Source: Vicugna vicugna
Lineage: Eukaryota
Length of the DNA stretch: 64,000 bases
NCBI GenBank assembly: GCA_013265495.1
Contig: MU057487.1
Location: 868,001 to 932,000 of the forward strand
Direction: 5' to 3'
Of this stretch, positions 61,351-64,000 are shown one piece after another; within the stretch, counting starts at the first letter, position 1, and each line of letters begins with the position of its first letter. The notes below the pieces were generated by a model. That model was not told the origin of the DNA, did not search any database, and saw only the letters and a list, made by a program, of their open reading frames with translations. Both the position numbers and the translations under genes were made by a program.

Positions 61351-64000
61351 TTAAAGCAGAAGACTGACTATGTCCCTGAGGGGGTTGGTGTTGGGGGACT
61401 GTTTCGAGCTGTCCTAACTAGCTATGTTTTTCCTGCTTCATTCCTGTGTGTGGACAGGGTTGACGAGCACCAGGTTGACGCCAGCAGTGTGGGCTGCTCT
61501 CACCAACAGTGAGCAGTGCCAAGAAAGGGCTCAGTACCCAGGGTGGTGATGATGATATAAGATGACTATGATCAAGAAACCGCTGAGATGTGGAGATGTT
61601 CTTACCGGCTCAAAAGAAGCACTGATTGCTGCTTGGGTTTTCCATCCACATGCCTATGCTCCAGACCCTCAAGAGTTTGAAATTAATTCTCAGTTATTTG
61701 AATTCAGTTTATTAATCTTAGTTTTCAAAGAGGAAGTGAAAAGACTTCCCTAGTGTTCCTTTCCAAGTGACTTTTCCCATCTGCTGTACTTTAATTTGGC
61801 TGGAATTTTGGGCATTAGAACACAGAGTGGAGACAAGTCAATTATGAGATAACTTGATGCCACATTTAAAGATCTGTTGAAGTGTGAAATGATTTCCAAG
61901 CCTCAGATACAAGGCTGAATAACAGAGCACCCAGAAAAAGTGCTACCCTGCAAGGACCTAAAACTCAGGAAGGTCAAGGGGAGGAAAGTTTGATGTTGCA
62001 AATTGATTTATTTCAATTCCCAGCAAAATTAAAGTTTATTATGTAAATCTCATGAACAAAGCAGGGAAAAAAGCTACATCTTTATAAATCTGCAGTGATT
62101 CAATGTCCTACTCTCAATTCTCTCATAGTCTTCCCCTTTTAATTTTCACCTTCCATCCACCCATCTCCTCCCGCTAGGAGACAAGCATTTGCTTACATTT
62201 CAAGGGAGAGAGGGCCTGTTAGCCGTTTGAGTACTTCATACATAGATCCCACTGTACCGAAGGATGTTGTCACTGGGTAGATAATCGAAGTCTAGTATTA
62301 TTTTGCTTTCTATAATCCTCATTAATTCACCTATAAGGCCCCCCATCTCTGGTGTGGCAGTGGACAGAGGCTTGTTTCCAGGAGCTCCCCAGCTTCTGTC
62401 AGCCCCACTTTTCAGTGTTCCCAGAAGAAGAGTAAATGAAAATCATGAACTCAGGATTTCCGCATTAAAGTGCTCTCATTACCAAGTCTCTTCTGCCGTC
62501 AAAAAATGAAAACAAAAGAGCAACCTGAGACAGAAGTGAGAATTAATAACAGATGGGTATTTGGACCTTACCTAAAAGAAAAATTATATATATATTCCAT
62601 TTATCATTTAAAATTACAGTACTCAAAATGACATGGAAGGAATGGGTAAAGATGATCAAAAAAATTTTTTTTAAATTGTGGCACTCAAAGTGAAAAAACC
62701 TGCTTTACCTAGGAGTGCAAAACCGTAGAACCATTTCTAAGAAGCAGCCACAGGAGTGTGGAAATAGAGCCTGTACCAGACTCAGAAATCAACAGGCAGT
62801 TTGTATAAACATTCAAATTTATCCAAATTTATACATTTATTCAAATTATTCAGGAAAGAGCAGTCATATGTGGTATAGGAAAATCTGTCCCAAAAGTTCA
62901 GCACACTTTATAGATTTATTTTAATTTTTTTTTACAAAATTAATACATGTTCCTTTTTAAATAAACTTGAGTGATACAGAAATATCCATATCTCTGTCTA
63001 TTGTGTGTATTCATATATATATGTATAAAATAGCTCCAATGTGTAGTTTATTTACATCTGACTAATAAACTTAAATAAAGTTATGTACTTTATTTAATCA
63101 TCATACCCTCTTTGTAAAGTAGAAAAATTATCATCCTGGATATTCAGGTTTTAAAAAAGAAAAAAAAATTAGGCTAAGGAGGATATTATGTTACTCAAGT
63201 ATTACAGTAAGTTATGGAGCTGGGATGTGATCTTTTTCGGGGGTTTTGTTTGCTTGTTTGGGTTTTTTTGGGGGCGCAGGGGAGATAAGATGCTTTACAT
63301 TGTGTCTGCCGATATTAAAACTAATAACTAGCATGCTACCTAAGCCCAGACATAGTCACTAATCATAGTGTCATTCCAGATCATTTCTGCAAAAAGAAGG
63401 TCACAACTTATAAAGTTTGCAGCAACTAACTTTTTTTCACTCACCAATCACAGAAAACCTTGCACATTATTATGTATGACTGTAATACGTTCATACCTTG
63501 TTTAATAACTTTTATTCATAACGGAAACCATACCACTAACTGTAAAGATGTTAAGTTGAAAAGAAATATGCATATCAATTTTAATGGGAAAAATTAGGAT
63601 TGCTTTCAACCCAACCTAAGATACCAAAACCATTTTTACAGAAAAAAAACAGATTGACAATAAAAATCAAGTTATATACACAATAGAAAACAATTTGAGA
63701 GGAAACAAATGAGTTTTGCATAAATGAAGTAAACATAATAATGTCGTGAAGGTGTAGTGCACTCACTGAGAAGGAAGAGATATTGAATGGTGAGGCAGAG
63801 AAGAGGTACAAGGGAGGAGTTGTAAAGAAGATTGAGAAAGGTTAGGTAATTGACTTTCAGCCAGGTATTCAATACCATCTATTAAGTAAGTAAACTTCCC
63901 CAAAAGACTGCAGAATCTTTATTTCTGTCTCCCTCTTCAGTCCTCTTTTATCACCTATCCTTTGCTCCATGATCAAAATATCCCCACTTTTCTTCCTGCA

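Noticed and set aside
1..64000. CRISPR arrays, operons, rRNA or other prokaryotic systems
   Set aside because: The sequence is clearly mammalian intron/exon DNA with no spaced direct-repeat arrays.

Overview
AT-rich mammalian genomic DNA, most likely a camelid, judged from tRNA-Ala-derived Vic-1-type SINEs and the L1 3' ends. The + strand carries the last 13 coding exons of androglobin (ADGB), 1374-47092. These splice with GT-AG boundaries and consistent phases into 2101 nt (about 699 codons plus TAA), followed by a short 3' UTR with two AATAAA signals. The most notable hidden element is a decayed ~3.2 kb processed pseudogene of PNPLA8 (iPLA2-gamma). It lies in sense orientation inside an ADGB intron (28312-31502) and is bounded by a target-site duplication. 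It appears to preserve a splice isoform lacking the first ATG, and it contains a well-formed 171-nt candidate poison exon. Other oddities are a CpG-dense terminal ADGB exon, several unusual splice sites, and a full-length Tigger2-family transposon just downstream of the gene. The rest is L1, L2, MIR, MaLR/ERV LTR and hAT repeats, plus one 34-N gap. I found no genuinely new biological system. Comparisons to human proteins and repeat consensus sequences are from memory and need confirming by alignment.
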